In this document: in pieces, positions 1 through 14,800 of the stretch
Position numbering within the stretch: position 1 is the stretch's first letter
Layout of the letters: each line of letters starts with the position of its first letter
NCBI GenBank assembly: GCA_039096225.1
Contig: JBBPEB010000009.1
Location: 1,426,001 to 1,490,000 of the forward strand
DNA from: Blastocystis sp. Blastoise
Lineage: Eukaryota; Protista; Bigyra: Opalinata
DNA: 64,000 nt
Direction: 5' to 3'
Translations under genes and position numbers: made by a program
Notes under the pieces: generated by a model
What the model saw: the letters and a program-made list of their open reading frames with translations, nothing else
What the model was told of the DNA's origin: nothing
Database searches by the model: none

Positions 1-2064
1 ATTATTAACATTAATAATCTGATCGGATATATTAGATTCAATAGAATTAATTTGTTTATAAATATCTTGAGAAAGATTCGATACTGTAGTTGTTAAAGAA
101 GATATAGGATCATTGAATAGTTGAGAAATAGATATAAATTCTTGATGAATAGTATCTTCATATGGTTTCAATTGTGTTTCTATCGAATTCGAAATAGATT
201 CTTTTAGAGAAGTATTGAATTCATTGTTAATAGCGTTATGAAGATCTTCTATTTGTTTCTTTAATGTATTTATAAATACAGTATTATTCTTATTGATAGA
301 ATCATTAAGATTAGAAGAAATAGAAGTATTAAGAAGAGTCGACGATGTTTGTATAGATTCGTTTATAGTATTATATTTAGTATCTAATAGAGTTCTTAGT
401 TGTTTTATATCATCACATTTAGTATTAATTTCTTCAATAATAGTATTTATTGTTTGAATATCATTATATTTAGTATCTAAAGATAACAATTGTGATTTCA
501 TTTGTTGAATATCATCACATTTATTATTTATTCCTTCAATAGCTGTATTTATTGTTTGAATATCATCACATTTATTATTTATTCCTTCAATAGCAGTATT
601 TATTGTTTGTATACCATCACATTTAGTATTTATTTCTTCAATAATAGTATGAATATCTTTCATACCATCACATTTAGTATTTATTTCTTCAATAATAGTA
701 TGAATATCTTTCATATCATCACATTTACTATTAATTTCTTCAATAACACTATGAACCTCATTTAAATCTTTTTGTATTTGTATATTTGAGCATTTATCTA
801 ATAAAATATCTTGTTTTTCTTTAATTTCATTTATATATAAATGAATAGTATCTGTTGTTAATAGATTTTGTTGAATAGAATCAATAGATATATTACAATT
901 CTTAATAGAATTCTCGATAACTGTTGTATTTTCTTGAATACTATTAGAAATAGTATTTAATAACGTAGTAGTTTCATTACATGATTTTTCAAGAGAATTA
1001 GAAGCACTATTCATTTGATTATTCATACTAGATTCTATAGAAGAAATAATATCTTGTTTATGTATAGTATTTATAGTATTCATAGAATTTTCTAGTGAGG
1101 ATATAATTGATTGTTCAAGAAGATTATTATTATTTTTATTTTGTTCTTCTAGTTTTATAATTATATTATTTATTTGTTCACTTTGATTAGTAGAATATTC
1201 TTTATGTATTATAGATTCAAGAATAGTCTTCATTTCTTCATTTTGTTTTAATAAAGAAGTATCAATGTTCTTTTGTATTGTAGGAATAACATTATTTATT
1301 ATAGAATCTTCTTTAGAAGAAATAATGTTCATTTCATTTGAAATTGTTTCTTTTATACAACTTGATACTTTATCTTGAATCTCTTTTATTTTTATATTCA
1401 TAGTATTTGATAAAGTCTCATCTATATTATGTTGAAGAATATTTTGAATAGAATCAGAATGTATTTTCATTTCTTGATTAATAAGTAATGGAATCAATTG
1501 TTTTAATTCATTCATATTTATTTCATTCTTTGAAATTTCTTGAGTAATATTTTCTTTTATTGTATTATTTAAAGAATCCTTTAAAGAATTATTTATAGTA
1601 TTTTCTAAGGTATCTTTTAAAGAATTATTTAAATTACCTTGATTTTCTTTTAAAGAATTATTTATAGTATTTTCTAAGGTATCTTTTAAAGAATTATTTA
1701 AATTACCTTGATTTTCTTTTAAAGAATTATTTATAGTATTTTCTAAGGTATCTTTTAAAGAATTATTTAAATTACCTTGATTTTCTTTTAAAGAATTATT
1801 TATAGTATTTTCTAGCATATCTTTTAAAGAATTATTTAAATAATCTTGATTTTCTTTTAAATTATCTTTTATCGTTTCTTGAATCGTTTCTTGAATATAT
1901 TTATGTAGAGAAGAAGATAATAGATTATTTATAGATATTTGAATTGTATTTAAGAAATCAGAAGGAAATAAGGATGATAATTGTTTATATATATCATCTT
2001 TTAAGATTTCATTTGAATGACTTACTATATCGATAAATGGTTTCATATCTACAGAATTATTATT

Positions 2065-2097
<33 letters not shown>

Positions 2098-3396
2098 CTT
2101 TTGAAATTCATTTTGAAATAAATGACGAATTGTTTGTTCTAATAAATTCTTAAATTCATCTGAATATTCTGATTTCACTTGTTTTAAGGATTCAATAGAT
2201 TTCTTGACCTCTTCAAAATGTGAACGAACTTCTTCTTCAAATTTATGAATATCTTGTATATATTGAGTATAATTTAATTGAATAGTTTTAGAATATTCTT
2301 GAATTGTATTAGTAGATTCATCATTATATTTCTTTTGTAATATATTTATAGAATTTAATAATTCCTTTAAAGATTGAGTTGTAGAGATTTGTAATTGATT
2401 TAATTGACCTTGTATTATACTATTTGATTGTATAAATTCATCTTTAAATAATTCTTGTATTGAATTTTGTATAGATTGAATCGATTTTGAAAAATCTTCA
2501 AATACAGATGTATGCTCTTGCTCAGAAAATTGCTGTTGATTTGATATACCAATTATAGAATCTTGTATTTTATTAATTTCATCAGAAACATATTGATATA
2601 AAAGATCAATTTTTGAATTAAAATTTTGATCTCGATCTTCTTGAACATATGTCATTTCTGATAAATGACGACCTGTTAAATCCATAAATACTTGTAAATC
2701 TTGAATTGCTTGTACTAATGCTAATATACCATCATTCTGATTATTTACATCCATTTCTATATTTTGATTAGAATATTGTACATTATTATTATTCAAATTA
2801 TTAGGATCTTCATTTGTTTCTTCATGACCATCTTCTAATTGATAAGATTCTTGTTGTTGCATCATAGAATTATTGTATTGATTACGATTATTCATATGTG
2901 AATCTTCTAAATAATCAATTCTACGTTTCTGATCTTCTAATTCTTGTAACAAACGACTTTGAATCTCCTTTGAATCCATTAATTCTTTTTCCTTTACTTC
3001 TTTATCCATTCTTTTAATCTGAATTTCTTCTTCTAACTGAGAAGGAATAGGAATACCATAAAAAACAAAATCTGAACGCATCTGTTGTAATTGTTCTAGT
3101 GTTCTACCCATAAGCATCAGAGGCTGGCCATCTACAACTTGAAGAGCACTTCCTAAATTAATATCAGGATAATTCGTATAGACAAATCCATTTCGATAAC
3201 ACTCAGGTGCCGTATAACATTCATATAAATATGATTCTGGATATAAAGATAGCTTATTCACTGATATACAATATCGGCACTTCATTTCTTTACCGACAAA
3301 CGTTGCAAATCCAGGAATCAGTTCCATAGGCTTGAAGATACTCTCAGTAGTATCCAAAGAAGGTACGGAACCTCTTTCTGTTGTATATTTTTGCAT
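1..3396 (-). CDS. BTB/POZ (KCTD/T1-like) domain protein with very long coiled coil; 3' end runs off the window
   Basis: ATG at 3396 (MQKYTTERGSVPSLD...). The frame is open wherever I read it and continues to position 1; it is probably absent from the ORF track because it has no stop in the window. N-terminal ISVNKLSLYPESYL...GFVYTNYPD...QMRSDFVFYGIP resembles the T1/BTB pattern (TL..YP.S.L...YFIDR...EA.FY.I). The remainder is E/K/Q/N/I/L-rich and coiled-coil-like. Confidence 0.75.
409..765 (-). repeat. Coding tandem repeat, 51-bp unit (17 aa, ~KCDDIQTINTAIEGINN), ~7 copies
   Basis: ATCATCAC/ACCATCAC-like anchor recurs at 409, 460, 511, 562, 613, 664 and 715. Confidence 0.9.
1581..1860 (-). 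repeat. Coding tandem repeat, 69-bp unit (23 aa, LKENQGNLNNSLKDTLENTINNS), ~4 near-identical copies
   Basis: TTAAAGAATTATTTATAG recurs at 1581, 1650, 1719 and 1788. Confidence 0.9.
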
Positions 3397-3621
3397 CGTT
3401 ATTTTTGACTAATAGAAATAAGAAGTCAATGAAGCTAAAAAATATAATGTTTTTAATTTCAAATTTTCATTTTTTTTTTTATATTATTCTAAATTTTCTA
3501 CTTATTCACGAAAAAAAGTGTTTTTTGTCTTATGTTTATTAGGATTCTCGTGATTATGAGAATGGTTTCTTATTTTTTTATTTATATACTGTATATTGTT
3601 CAATAGAAGCAAAAATAAATA

Positions 3622-4346
3622 ATGGACTCAGGATATTATGAGAATCTGAAGGATCAAATTGATAAATCAAAGGTTATAGTGCAAAATTGTGTTGATCAAC
3701 CCTTGTTTCGTATTTCAAAAGGAGAAGAATATGACTTTTCGGTAACAAGTCGTGTTGATGATCAGATTATTATTGTTATACCATTTAAACAGAAAGTACA
3801 GCTTTTCTCTATTTCTATTCATTCTCAATATGGTGGTATTTTATATTTTTTTGTAATTTTTGATTTGGATATATATAATTGTTCTTTTTTTCTTCGTAGA
3901 AACATGTCCTAAAACGGTCAAATTATATAAAGACGAACCATATATCTCATTTATGAATGTGAATCAATATAAACCTACATCAGTATGTTTTTTTTTTTAT
4001 AAATTTGATGATTGTATTAAATAGTAATATAATATAATATAATATATATATATGTAATTTGTTTTAAATATATTGAATTCTATAAAGACAATTGATGTTT
4101 CTGAAGAAACAGTTTCAAAACATTATACAACGATCTTGAAAGAATATGACTGGAAGAAAATAACTACATTATCTGTATGTTTTATTTATTGTTTTTTTTT
4201 TTTATTTATTTATTTATCATATTTATCATTATTATATATATATTAAAAAAATTTACATATATATATAGATATTTGTTGAGAATAGTTTTGGTAAAGAAAA
4301 GACTATTATTGATAGTATTTCTCTATATGGAAAACTATATAACTGA
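3622..4346 (+). CDS. PITH-domain protein (proteasome-interacting thioredoxin domain), 4 exons
   Basis: Exons ~3622-3835, 3900-3982, 4088-4174, 4269-4346. Spliced peptide contains QIDKSKV..N...SRVDDQIIIVIPFKQKVQLFSISI, PKTVKLY and TLSIFVENSFGKEKTIIDSISLYG, matching the PITH fold pattern. Confidence 0.85.
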
Positions 4347-4678
4347 TTACTATTTAGTCTATATTATATACTATAATAAAAATAATTATTAAGTTTTCTA
4401 TTTTTTTCTTTTCATAATGATATTTTAGTTCTTTTTTTTTTCTGTAGTTATTAAAATAAATATTTTGTATTTCAATATATATGAACAAAACATTTTATTA
4501 TGAAAGCAGTTATGAAACTAATAATACAGAAATGAAAAAAATAAAACATATAAAACTATATAAAGAGGAAAACGGAAAACAGAAAATATTTACGGTAATA
4601 ATATAATTTATGAAAAAAGAAATATCTAATAAACAAAAAAAAATTAATAAATGAAAAAAACATATATATATATATATT

Positions 4679-7153
4679 TTAAAATATATATTTAATATTA
4701 TATAATTTACATAATAATAATCTTCTATGCATTTGATAAACACTATTTGTTTTTGATATGATTAGATCTTGATTTACTAAGAGCCAATCTATAGGTTCAT
4801 TGAATGTATTACAATTATTAGTGATATTATAATGATATAATAAAGGAGTAATAAGAAGAGGAGTAGAAGTTGTATTCACAGGATTCGTATATATAGGTAT
4901 ATAACACGTTTTATTTAATAAACATGAAGTATATAAAGGAATAATAGTATCACGAATAATAGGTATTTTATAATTGAATCCAATTATAGTTATAGAACAA
5001 CTATTTTTATTCAATACTGTATTTTCATAAGGAATATGAAAATAATTCAATATTTTCTTAGATATCGTTTTTCTGATATTTTTATTGGGTAATCCAAGAC
5101 TCACTATACCTCTATTATTTAATTCATTCATATGATTAAAAAATAAATCTTTTATTTCTATAGAAGGATCAATCCACCATCCTTTTCCTTCTGTTTCTTT
5201 TAATATACTTAATTGTATATAGGCTTGAATTGCTTGAAAATCAAATTGATTATTCTTTTTAGTAAATATACTTTGTTTAGATAAATCTAATTTACGATAA
5301 AAGGAAGGTAAATATATACCACGATCTGTTCGAATACGATCTAAGAATAATAATGTTTCTATAATCAAACTCATTCCTTTTATATCTATTCCGAAATCAA
5401 TAAAAATAATAGGAATATCTATTCTTCTTTTAATTATAGAATCTAATAGATTTATTGAAGAATGCACTTGTTCTGATGTTGCTCCTGTTATTATATACAT
5501 ATCATTCTCATCAAATATCCATTTTGGACATTTTGTTATTTTTATACATGGCGGGAAGTAACTTGGAGTGAACTCAACGTAATCTATAAAGCATATAATA
5601 TTCTTTTATAGATATAATTTTATATAAAATTTTAATGTATTGAATAAAATATGAAATATAATGAATATGTAAAAAAAAATAAAAAATAAAATAAAAAATA
5701 AAAATAGCATGTTAATCATATATATATATCTTTTAATATATACATAATAAATAGAATCTATTAAAAAAAGTATTATATATATATATATATATATTATTAT
5801 ATATACATTATTATTACAATTATATACTATTACATGTATATTATATATATTATTATATATATTATAATAATATACATAATACAGTATCATTGACACCTAC
5901 AAATGGTAAAGAATCATAATCAATAGGAGTAATAGCTAATAAACATTTGTCACAAGGTTTGTAAGGTTCAATATCTCCTGTATCTACAGTAACTACATGT
6001 TCTTCATAAAATGTAGGTAATTGTTCTATTTGGTAATTAATTGTCGATAGTTTTTGAGCTGTATATAAAACAATAGTGAGAAAGTTAGAAAAGTAGATTA
6101 TTTATAAAAAAAAAGTGTTTTCCTTGAAAAAAAAACTATGTTATTCATGAATGTATATATTTGAATAATTATATAATAATATCTAATTTATAAAAAAAAG
6201 TGTAGTAAAGTAATATACACCATAAATAGATAATAATAATAATATTATAAAAAAAAAGGAAAACACCGTTAAATATATTTATAATAAATAATTATTAAAA
6301 AAAGAAAAAGAAATAATTATTTAAAAAAAAAAAGAAATAATTATTTAAACAAGAGAAAACTATTATTTACGCATAGTATAAGTATCTCTTGAAGTGACTT
6401 GCATATTCTTAGGAATAGGAGAACCATCAACTCTTTTTAAATAACTGAACGGAACTGAAGAGGAAGAGGAAGTCTTTTCAACTATAGAAAAAGTATGTGT
6501 AACAAATATATAATTAAAATAGAATCTTCTATATTAATAGTATAAAGAAAATAAAAAATAAAGCTTATTATAGCATAAGATAATAAAAACATACGAGGAA
6601 AAGGATCTGTTGGAATATCTGTTTGAATATTCTATAGAATTATTTAATAGAAATATAAACAATACTAAAATATTAAAAAACTAAAAAAAATACAGTTGAA
6701 TTTGTGACTTCTATATTATATATATATAAAGTCTCTTTCTGCTTTCGAATCTTTGGATAATCTTTGTAGATATCTATAGTAAAATAATAAATAGCATGAA
6801 TTGCAACAAAAACAAATAAAATATATACAATTTTTCTTGATACATTCAGAATAGTTGTCTCCCTTCTATAATTATAGCACTAAATAATTATGAAACTTAT
6901 TTACATACCATTCGAACACATGAAGTCAAGTTAATTTGCATTTGATTGATTGGCATGCTGTCTAAATAAACTCAAGATAGTTCAAAGATGCTTTGAATAT
7001 ATTGTTATGTATTTCACAATATATATAAAAAAAAAGAAGCATACATAGAGCAACATCAGCGAATCGTATGTACAAAAGAATCAGTAGTCCCCAACCCATA
7101 AGACTCCATTGTCTTAGATATCTTGGGAAAAAGCCATCTATGTATTCATCCAT
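4679..7153 (-). CDS. Type II membrane protein with C-terminal DUF1647-like (putative glycosyltransferase-fold) domain, multi-exon
   Basis: ATG 7153 (MDEYIDGFF...WSLMGWGLLILLYIRF, TM-like), then several small GT-AG exons. Last exon IITGATSEQVHSSINLLDSI...IIFIDFGI...RKLDLSK...WWIDPS...CLLNKTCYIP follows the DUF1647 layout as I recall it. Confidence 0.6.
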
Positions 7154-8877
7154 CAATAAATAATAGCAGAAACACTTATTCTATTTATTAAAAAATATGG
7201 GTGTGGTTATTCTTTTGGAAACAACGGCATTTATGGAGAAAAAGATTGGCGTATTGTTTCAGACTTTGTTGGATTTCAAATAAACTACTAAGGGTAGGAA
7301 TCCTACCTAACAACATTCTTGTTATTCACATAAAATACGATAAGAATACGAAAAGAATTGTTCCTACTACCTAAGAACGTCTGTAATTCTTTTTTTCCAT
7401 AAAAAAAAATGATTACAAAAAACCGAGAAATTTTACAATATGTTTTATTGTCTTACATAGTTGATTTCTATTTTTTAAATTTTTATGAAAAATTATTATT
7501 TATGTGTTAAATGATTATTGTGATAGTAAGGAGATGTTAAAGAAATTATATATATGCATCAAAATGGTCTTTGATTGTTCAAACTTCTTTTAAAGAAAAT
7601 CCTATTTCATTCACAACATTATAGAAAGTAGTGAAATACTGTATATATATGAATTATGGTGAAATATAGATATAAAAACCATGAAATGAAAAACACGATC
7701 GTTATTCAAACATTAGAATCTATTCAATATAGTCTACCCTTAGTGTCCAATTCATTCAATGAATTGAAATAAGGTAATTAGACAATAATATTTAGTAGTA
7801 TCAGTTTTTTTAAATGTATTTTGTGAGAATAACATTAAATAAACGAAACGGTGAGTTTGATTTTTATGCAATAGTAGCTTCTATAAACACTACTCATCTT
7901 GAAATAATAGATCAACAAATAAAAGAGTTCCAAACTGCTTATCTATGTGTTTTATGATTTATGCTGTTAGCTGTATCTATTCACTGTGATTCTGTGAAAT
8001 GTGAACTCATATCTAAAGTTCTTTACAAAACAAATTCACGAATGATGAAATTATTTTATTAGTATCTCAATTATCATTTAGCTTATTGCAATTTATCTAA
8101 CTATTGGAAACTGAATAAAATTCGTTGTTCCACTTATTGTACTCATTCAATTTTTTTACACGCTTATTGTTATCTATTGTCTATATTGTTCAAAATTCGT
8201 AATATAGATCTTGTTAAATAGGATGTCAATCATACACTCATTGATCTTATAGAAATCAATGCCTTTTTAGCTTTTTGTAATATAAATATATTTTTAGCAT
8301 GTTACATCTCTTTTGATGACTAAATAATTGCTAGAATAATAAAAACTACTAAAGCAGTTTTCACTAACAGGTTTTAAAACAGACGAAGAAAAATATCATC
8401 ATGTTCTCCACTCATTTGTTTTTTTTGTATTTTTCATTTTGTTAATTTTTCATTTTTAGCATATATATCAAGGATGTTTTTCACAAATCAAAAATTATTA
8501 TTTTCTCCAAGATGAAAAAAAATACGGTACTTGTGGGAAATGACGCACCTCATGTCATTCACGTTGTATTCATTTTTAGAATCGATCTCGGGGATAATTC
8601 CTATGATATTACTTTATGAAAAACGTATAGAATGAGTTCATTTCGGTCTGTCAAGCGAAGCTATCCAGTAATTTTAATTGTTTTCTCTACAAATCAATCA
8701 AATAATGTATTATGAAAAGATCTTGTTTCCCCATATTCGTTTCTATTCCATTCATTTCTACTAAAGTTTCTCTTTACATGGGGTAGAGTCAGTAACAAAA
8801 ATACTTCAAGTTTTTAGTCATCAATACTAGAAAATGGTGATGTACATTTAACATATTTATTTTTAATCTAATTCTGA

Positions 8878-11800
8878 ATGAAACTTAGTTTAATCCTTTT
8901 ATTCATCCTTTTGGGTATTTTTATCTTCTTTATATTGTCATGTATATATTTTAATTAGGTGCTGCAATTGATTGTGCAACTCCAAATGTTATTGTTAAAT
9001 TTGATCGAAAATACGGAGGTACTGCTCGAGAAGAACGTCTGAAGATCTATGAAGGACCTTATTCGGAAGGTAATCTTGTTGCTGTAATCGATGGAAACAA
9101 TATGGCAAACATGCTGAAGAGTTACGAATATTGTTTAAAGCCCATGATGCATAGTCTTATTGGTACTGATGGGTATATTTATGAATCTCTTTATATATAG
9201 ATAAAATTTTAAATAATGTATTATTTCTATAGTGGTAACTCAGGTTGGTCTTCTGGTTCTACACTTACTGTATCTATTGGAGGCGTTACTATCTTATATG
9301 ATACACTTGAAAGAGGAAGTTTCACCGAATGGACAATTTATCGTATATATATTGTATTATATATGATTATTTTTATTTTTTATTAAATATGTTTTATTTT
9401 TATATTTTATTTTATAATTAATTCTTATTTTATTATATATTTAAACTTTATATTTTATTATATATTTAAATTTTATATTTTATTATATATTTAAATCAAA
9501 TTAATATTATATTAATAAAACTTTATATCTATAGCTTCTTATGCTCTTCCTAAGTCTTCTCAATGGAAATATTCGACTGCTGTTCAATCTGATTCTACTT
9601 GGACTCAATCTACTTATGATGTTACTTCTTGGTCTACTTATTCTAGTGGTTCTTTTCCTACTACTATAGCTTCAACTACTCGTTATTATCGTACTACTAT
9701 TACTCTTCCTGATCTTACTGATTTTGCTACTTTTGAATTAGGTATTAATGCTAAAGAAGGAATGATTGTATATATAAATGGTCAAGAATTATTCAGAAGA
9801 AATATGGCTGATGATGCTGTTTTGGGAACTACTCTTGCTACTAATGAAGATACTGCTTATGCTTATAGAAGAATTACTCATTCTATTAAGAAATATTTAA
9901 GTGCAACAAATCAAGCTGTTATTGCTGTTGAAATCCATCCTGCTGCTACTACTGTTGCTGGTGATGATTCTTTTGATGGTTTCTTTATTCCTATTTATGG
10001 TACTTGCTCTAAACGTACTCATGAAGGTGTAGCTTCTGGTCTTCCTGTAAAAACAGGTAATGAATCTGCTGATAAAGCTTTTGATAATAATAGAGATACT
10101 AAATGGTTTACAAATCCTTTACCTGTTTCTCTTACTTATCAATTTAATGATGATAGACGTGAATGGATTAGTAAATATGAAATTATTTCTGGTAATGATT
10201 CTCCAGGCAGAGATCCTAAAGATTTCACTTTATCTGGTTCTAATGATAATGGTGTTACTTGGGATTTATTAGATATTAATGCTGCTGTTACATTCTCTGC
10301 TAGAAAGGAATCGAAAATGTTCTTAATTCCATCGAATGCTAAAGCTTATAATATGTATAAAATTGATGTTACTACAAACAAAGATCCTTCTGCTGAAGGT
10401 TGCCAATTTTCTGAAGTTGAATTTTATGCTTGTAATACGGATATTATTACTGATTTTGTCTATGAACAATCTTCTTATACTTGGTATAAAGACTTAGATA
10501 GTGTTTATTTATCTCCTCATTCTTCTGGTTTAAAGACTTTTGCTCTCACTTCTCCTACTACTCTTCCTGAAGGTCTTACTTTCAATCCTACTACTGGTGA
10601 AATCTATGGTACTCCTACTGTTGCTTATACTGGTTCTTTTGTAATTACTGCTGTTGATGTTATTACTAGTCAAACTGTCACTTGTACACTCTCTATTACT
10701 ATAATTGAATGCGATGGACTTAATAATATACATATACAAGTAATAAAAGCATCTGGTGGCAAAACTCCATGGTCTGAAATAGTAACTATTTATGATTCTA
10801 ATAATAATATTAAATTCACAGCTACTGGATTAGAAGGAGGTGACAGAACATTTGATATATGTTTACCTGCTGCTCTATATACTTTAGAAATGAAAGATAT
10901 TGATTCTGATGCTTGGCATTCTTCTTCTTCTTTAACTATTAAATTAATAGAAGCCTATGATTCCTATACTATATTTAAAGATACTCTTGTGGAGAATGCT
11001 ATTTCTACATCAAAATTAAATCTTCAATATTTAATTGAACGTCATAATCCTAATGTTCTTTGTTATACTATTGATACTGCTCTTCCTACTAACTGGTATA
11101 CTACTAGCTATACTCCTGATACTAATTGGACACCTTGTCTTGCTCTTGAAACTAGACCTACTTCTCCTGTTCGTACTCAATTCTTTAGACATACATTTAC
11201 TGTTACTTCTAAAACTGATATGCATATGGCTGAACTTCGTCTTAAAGCTGCTGAACCTGTTGTTGTTTATATTAATGATAATGAAGTATATAGACATGGT
11301 CTTCCTACTGGTGATATTACTACAACTACTATTCCTACAACTACTTCTACAAGTGCCAATACACGTCGTACTACTATTGATATTAGTAGAATTAATATAG
11401 GTACTAATACTATTAGTATTGCTCAAGTATATCCTGATGGAGTTACTTTACCTGTAGAAGTTTCTTTTGATTTCTCTTTAAGATTAGAAGCTACATCTGC
11501 TACTCAAAGTCATACATGGGGAATGACGGCTACTGGCCCTTCTAGAAGTGGTGAAGGACCTACTCTTCTTATTGATAATAAGTATTCAACTAGATGGATT
11601 TACGATGCTCCATCTGCTACTTTTGATCCATTTACTATTTCTATTTCTTATTCTAATGCTGCTCAATATTCTTATATTAATAAATATTGTTTTATTAGTA
11701 ATTTTGATGTTCCTCAAGCTGATCCTTCTGATTGGACTATTCAAGGTTGTAATAATGATGTTTGTACTCTTTTAGGATCTGAATCCAATGTTATGTGGAG

Positions 11801-14800
11801 AGCTAGAACTCAACGACAATGTTTCTATATGAATGCTCATACTGAATCCTATCATTCGTATAATATTATTATCTCCAAGAATGTTGGTTATGGAATAACG
11901 GCATCAAATGCACTTGCTGAAATACAATTATTAGCTGTTGACTTCAGTACTGTTATCGCATCTCCACTTAGTTACACTCCAAATACTATTGTTGGCTATA
12001 AAGATGCAGATCTCTCTACTATTACTCCTGTTGCTAACTATCATAGTTTTAGTATTATTGGTACTACTCTTCCAAATGGAATCTATATAGATAGTAATAG
12101 TGGTTATATTTATGGTATACCTACTATTTACTCTTCTACTACTCAGTATACTGTACAAGCTTATAATCTTCAAGGAATCGCTTCTACTACTACTATTTCT
12201 ATTACTATATCTGGTTGTTCATATCCTAATACTATATTTAAAATAAAAGTATCAAATCCTGATTATAACTATGGTGAACAAATGGGATTTGAATTAAGAG
12301 ATGGTACTACAAATGTATTAATTGACTCTAGAAGTTATTTCCCTAATTATTCTACTACTTATTATAGTTATTGTAAACCAGAAGGTAGTTATAAACTTCT
12401 TTTATTAGATGAAGCTAATGATGGTTGGGGTGGTGCTACTATTGCTGTTCTTTATAATGATAATACTCAAATAGTCAGTTCTGGTCTCACTACAAATCAA
12501 GCACCTAAGACTGTTGCTTTTAATATTAATATTTTATCTTCTGCTTCTTCTATTACTTGGACATATTTAAATAGTAATACTATTTCTGCTCCTACAGATT
12601 CTTCTTGGACTACATTGTCTTATACCAATTCTGAGTGGTCTTCAGGTACTATTGATATGTTTACTGCTCCTGTTGGTATTACTCAATATTATAGAACGAT
12701 ATTCTCGGTTACAGATATTAATAATTTTATCAGTTTTACTTTAAATATGAAATTAATGGCTGGTGCTGTTGTATATATAAATGGAATGGAAATAAAACGA
12801 TATAATATGCCTGAAGGTACTATTACTTCAACTACTACAGCTACTTCTGATTATGTTACTGTAGAAACTATTTCAGAAATATTCCCTCTTCAATTCATTG
12901 ATATTTATCTTGTAGAAGGTCAAAATGTGTTAGCTATTGAAACTCATAAAGGTTCTATAGATTTAACTGTATCTTATTTCAGTGCTTCTGCATCTTTTTC
13001 TTCTAATACTGTTAATATGGTTATCAATGGTGTTAGTGATGGTGCTAATGAAAATGGAAGTACTACAGAGAATATAGCTAAAGTATTTGATGGTTCAGTT
13101 GATACTAAATGGTTATCTCCTGCAAAATGTGTAGGTGCTTGGGCTTCTTGGACTTATAATAATAATCAAGTAAAATATATTGATTCTTATAGTGTTACGA
13201 ATGCTAATGATTGTAATGTTAGACATCCTTCTGGTTGGGTATTAGAAGGTTCTAATGATAATGGTTCCACTTGGACACTTGTTCATACTGCTGAAAATCA
13301 AGTATTTACTGCTTATAAACAAACTAAATCATTTGATTTCATTCCTACTCAACCTTATAATTGTTATAGAGTTACTTCTACTGAATGCGCAAATCCTGCT
13401 ATTTCTGGAGATCCTTCTGGATGTTCTAATAGTGATATGCAATTATCTGAAATTTCTTTTAGTCTCAAGAGATTAGATGGTCTGTGTTCTGCTTCTAATG
13501 GTTATTCTGCTACTGCTAATGGTGAATATGCTTATAAATCATGTAATGATGGTACTGATAATAAAAAGAAAACACTTTGTACAGATGGTATCTTTGGTGC
13601 AGAAGATACTTCTTTATGTGCAGCAGTACCTACTTTTACTTATCCTAATTCTCTTTATACATTCACTATCAATACTGCCATTACTCCTCTTGTTGCTACA
13701 CTTACTGATATAACTGGTTATACTTGTACTTCTTCTCCTTCTCTTCCTACTGGATTAGTATTAGATACTACTACTTGTGGTATTTCAGGTACTCCTTCTG
13801 TTCCTCAAGATTCTATTCAATATACTATCACTGCTACTTCAGGATCTATTTCTGTATCTACTTCACTTTCTATTGTTATTGAAAATGTTGTTGTACCTGT
13901 TGTTGTTACTATTACTTATAGTCCTAATATTATATCTGTCAATACAAATATTGCTATTTCTGCTATTCCTACTGTTACGGGAGGTACTGTTTCCACTTGG
14001 ACTATTACTCCATCTCTTCCTGAAGGTATACTCCTCGATACTACTACTGGTACTATTACTGGATCTTCCACTGTTTCTTTAGACTCTACTCTCTTTACTA
14101 TATCGGCTATTCCAACTACCAGTACTACTCCTGTTACTACTACTATTACTCTTATTATTAGTACTCCTTCAGCTATTCAATGTCCTCTCGATGGTGTTTG
14201 GCCTGCTACTAATGCTGGTGTTACTGCAATAACGTCATGTAATGATTCTCAAAAAGAAGGACAAATCACTAGATTATGTGCTGCTACTGGTGTTTGGGAA
14301 AATATTATTGATAGTTGTACTTATATTATTCCTACTGTTACTATTAACCCTTCAACTATTATTGCTTATATTAATGAACAAGTCATAATTACTCCTGTTA
14401 CTCAACAATTTGTTACTTCTTGGAGTGTTACTCCTGATCTTCCTAATGGATTCACTATTGATAGTTCTACTGGTATTATTACAGGTACTCCTACTACTGT
14501 ACAAGTTGCTACTACTTATACTATTACTGCTACTAATCCTACTGGTAACGGTCAAACTTCCTTATTCTTAACAATTAGTGCTCATAATTGTCCTATTGAT
14601 GGTGTATGGCCTGCTACTAATGCTGGTGTTACTGCTACTTCTCCTTGTACTGATTCTCAAAAAGAAGGACAAATGACTAGAGTTTGTGATGCTACTGGTG
14701 TTTGGGAATCTCCTGTTGATGGTTGTACTTATATTATTCCCACTGTAACTATTACTCCATCAACTGTCACTCTATATACATCTGAATCATCTACTATTAC

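Noticed and set aside
409-1860. Regularly spaced repeats resembling a CRISPR array
   Set aside because: Units are contiguous, multiples of 3, lack unique spacers, and lie in an open eukaryotic reading frame.
7530-7700. Possible decayed BTB-family pseudogene fragments (also ~17040-17210 and ~29950-30170)
   Set aside because: Only faint coding-like words across frameshifts and stops; cannot be supported without a TBLASTN search.
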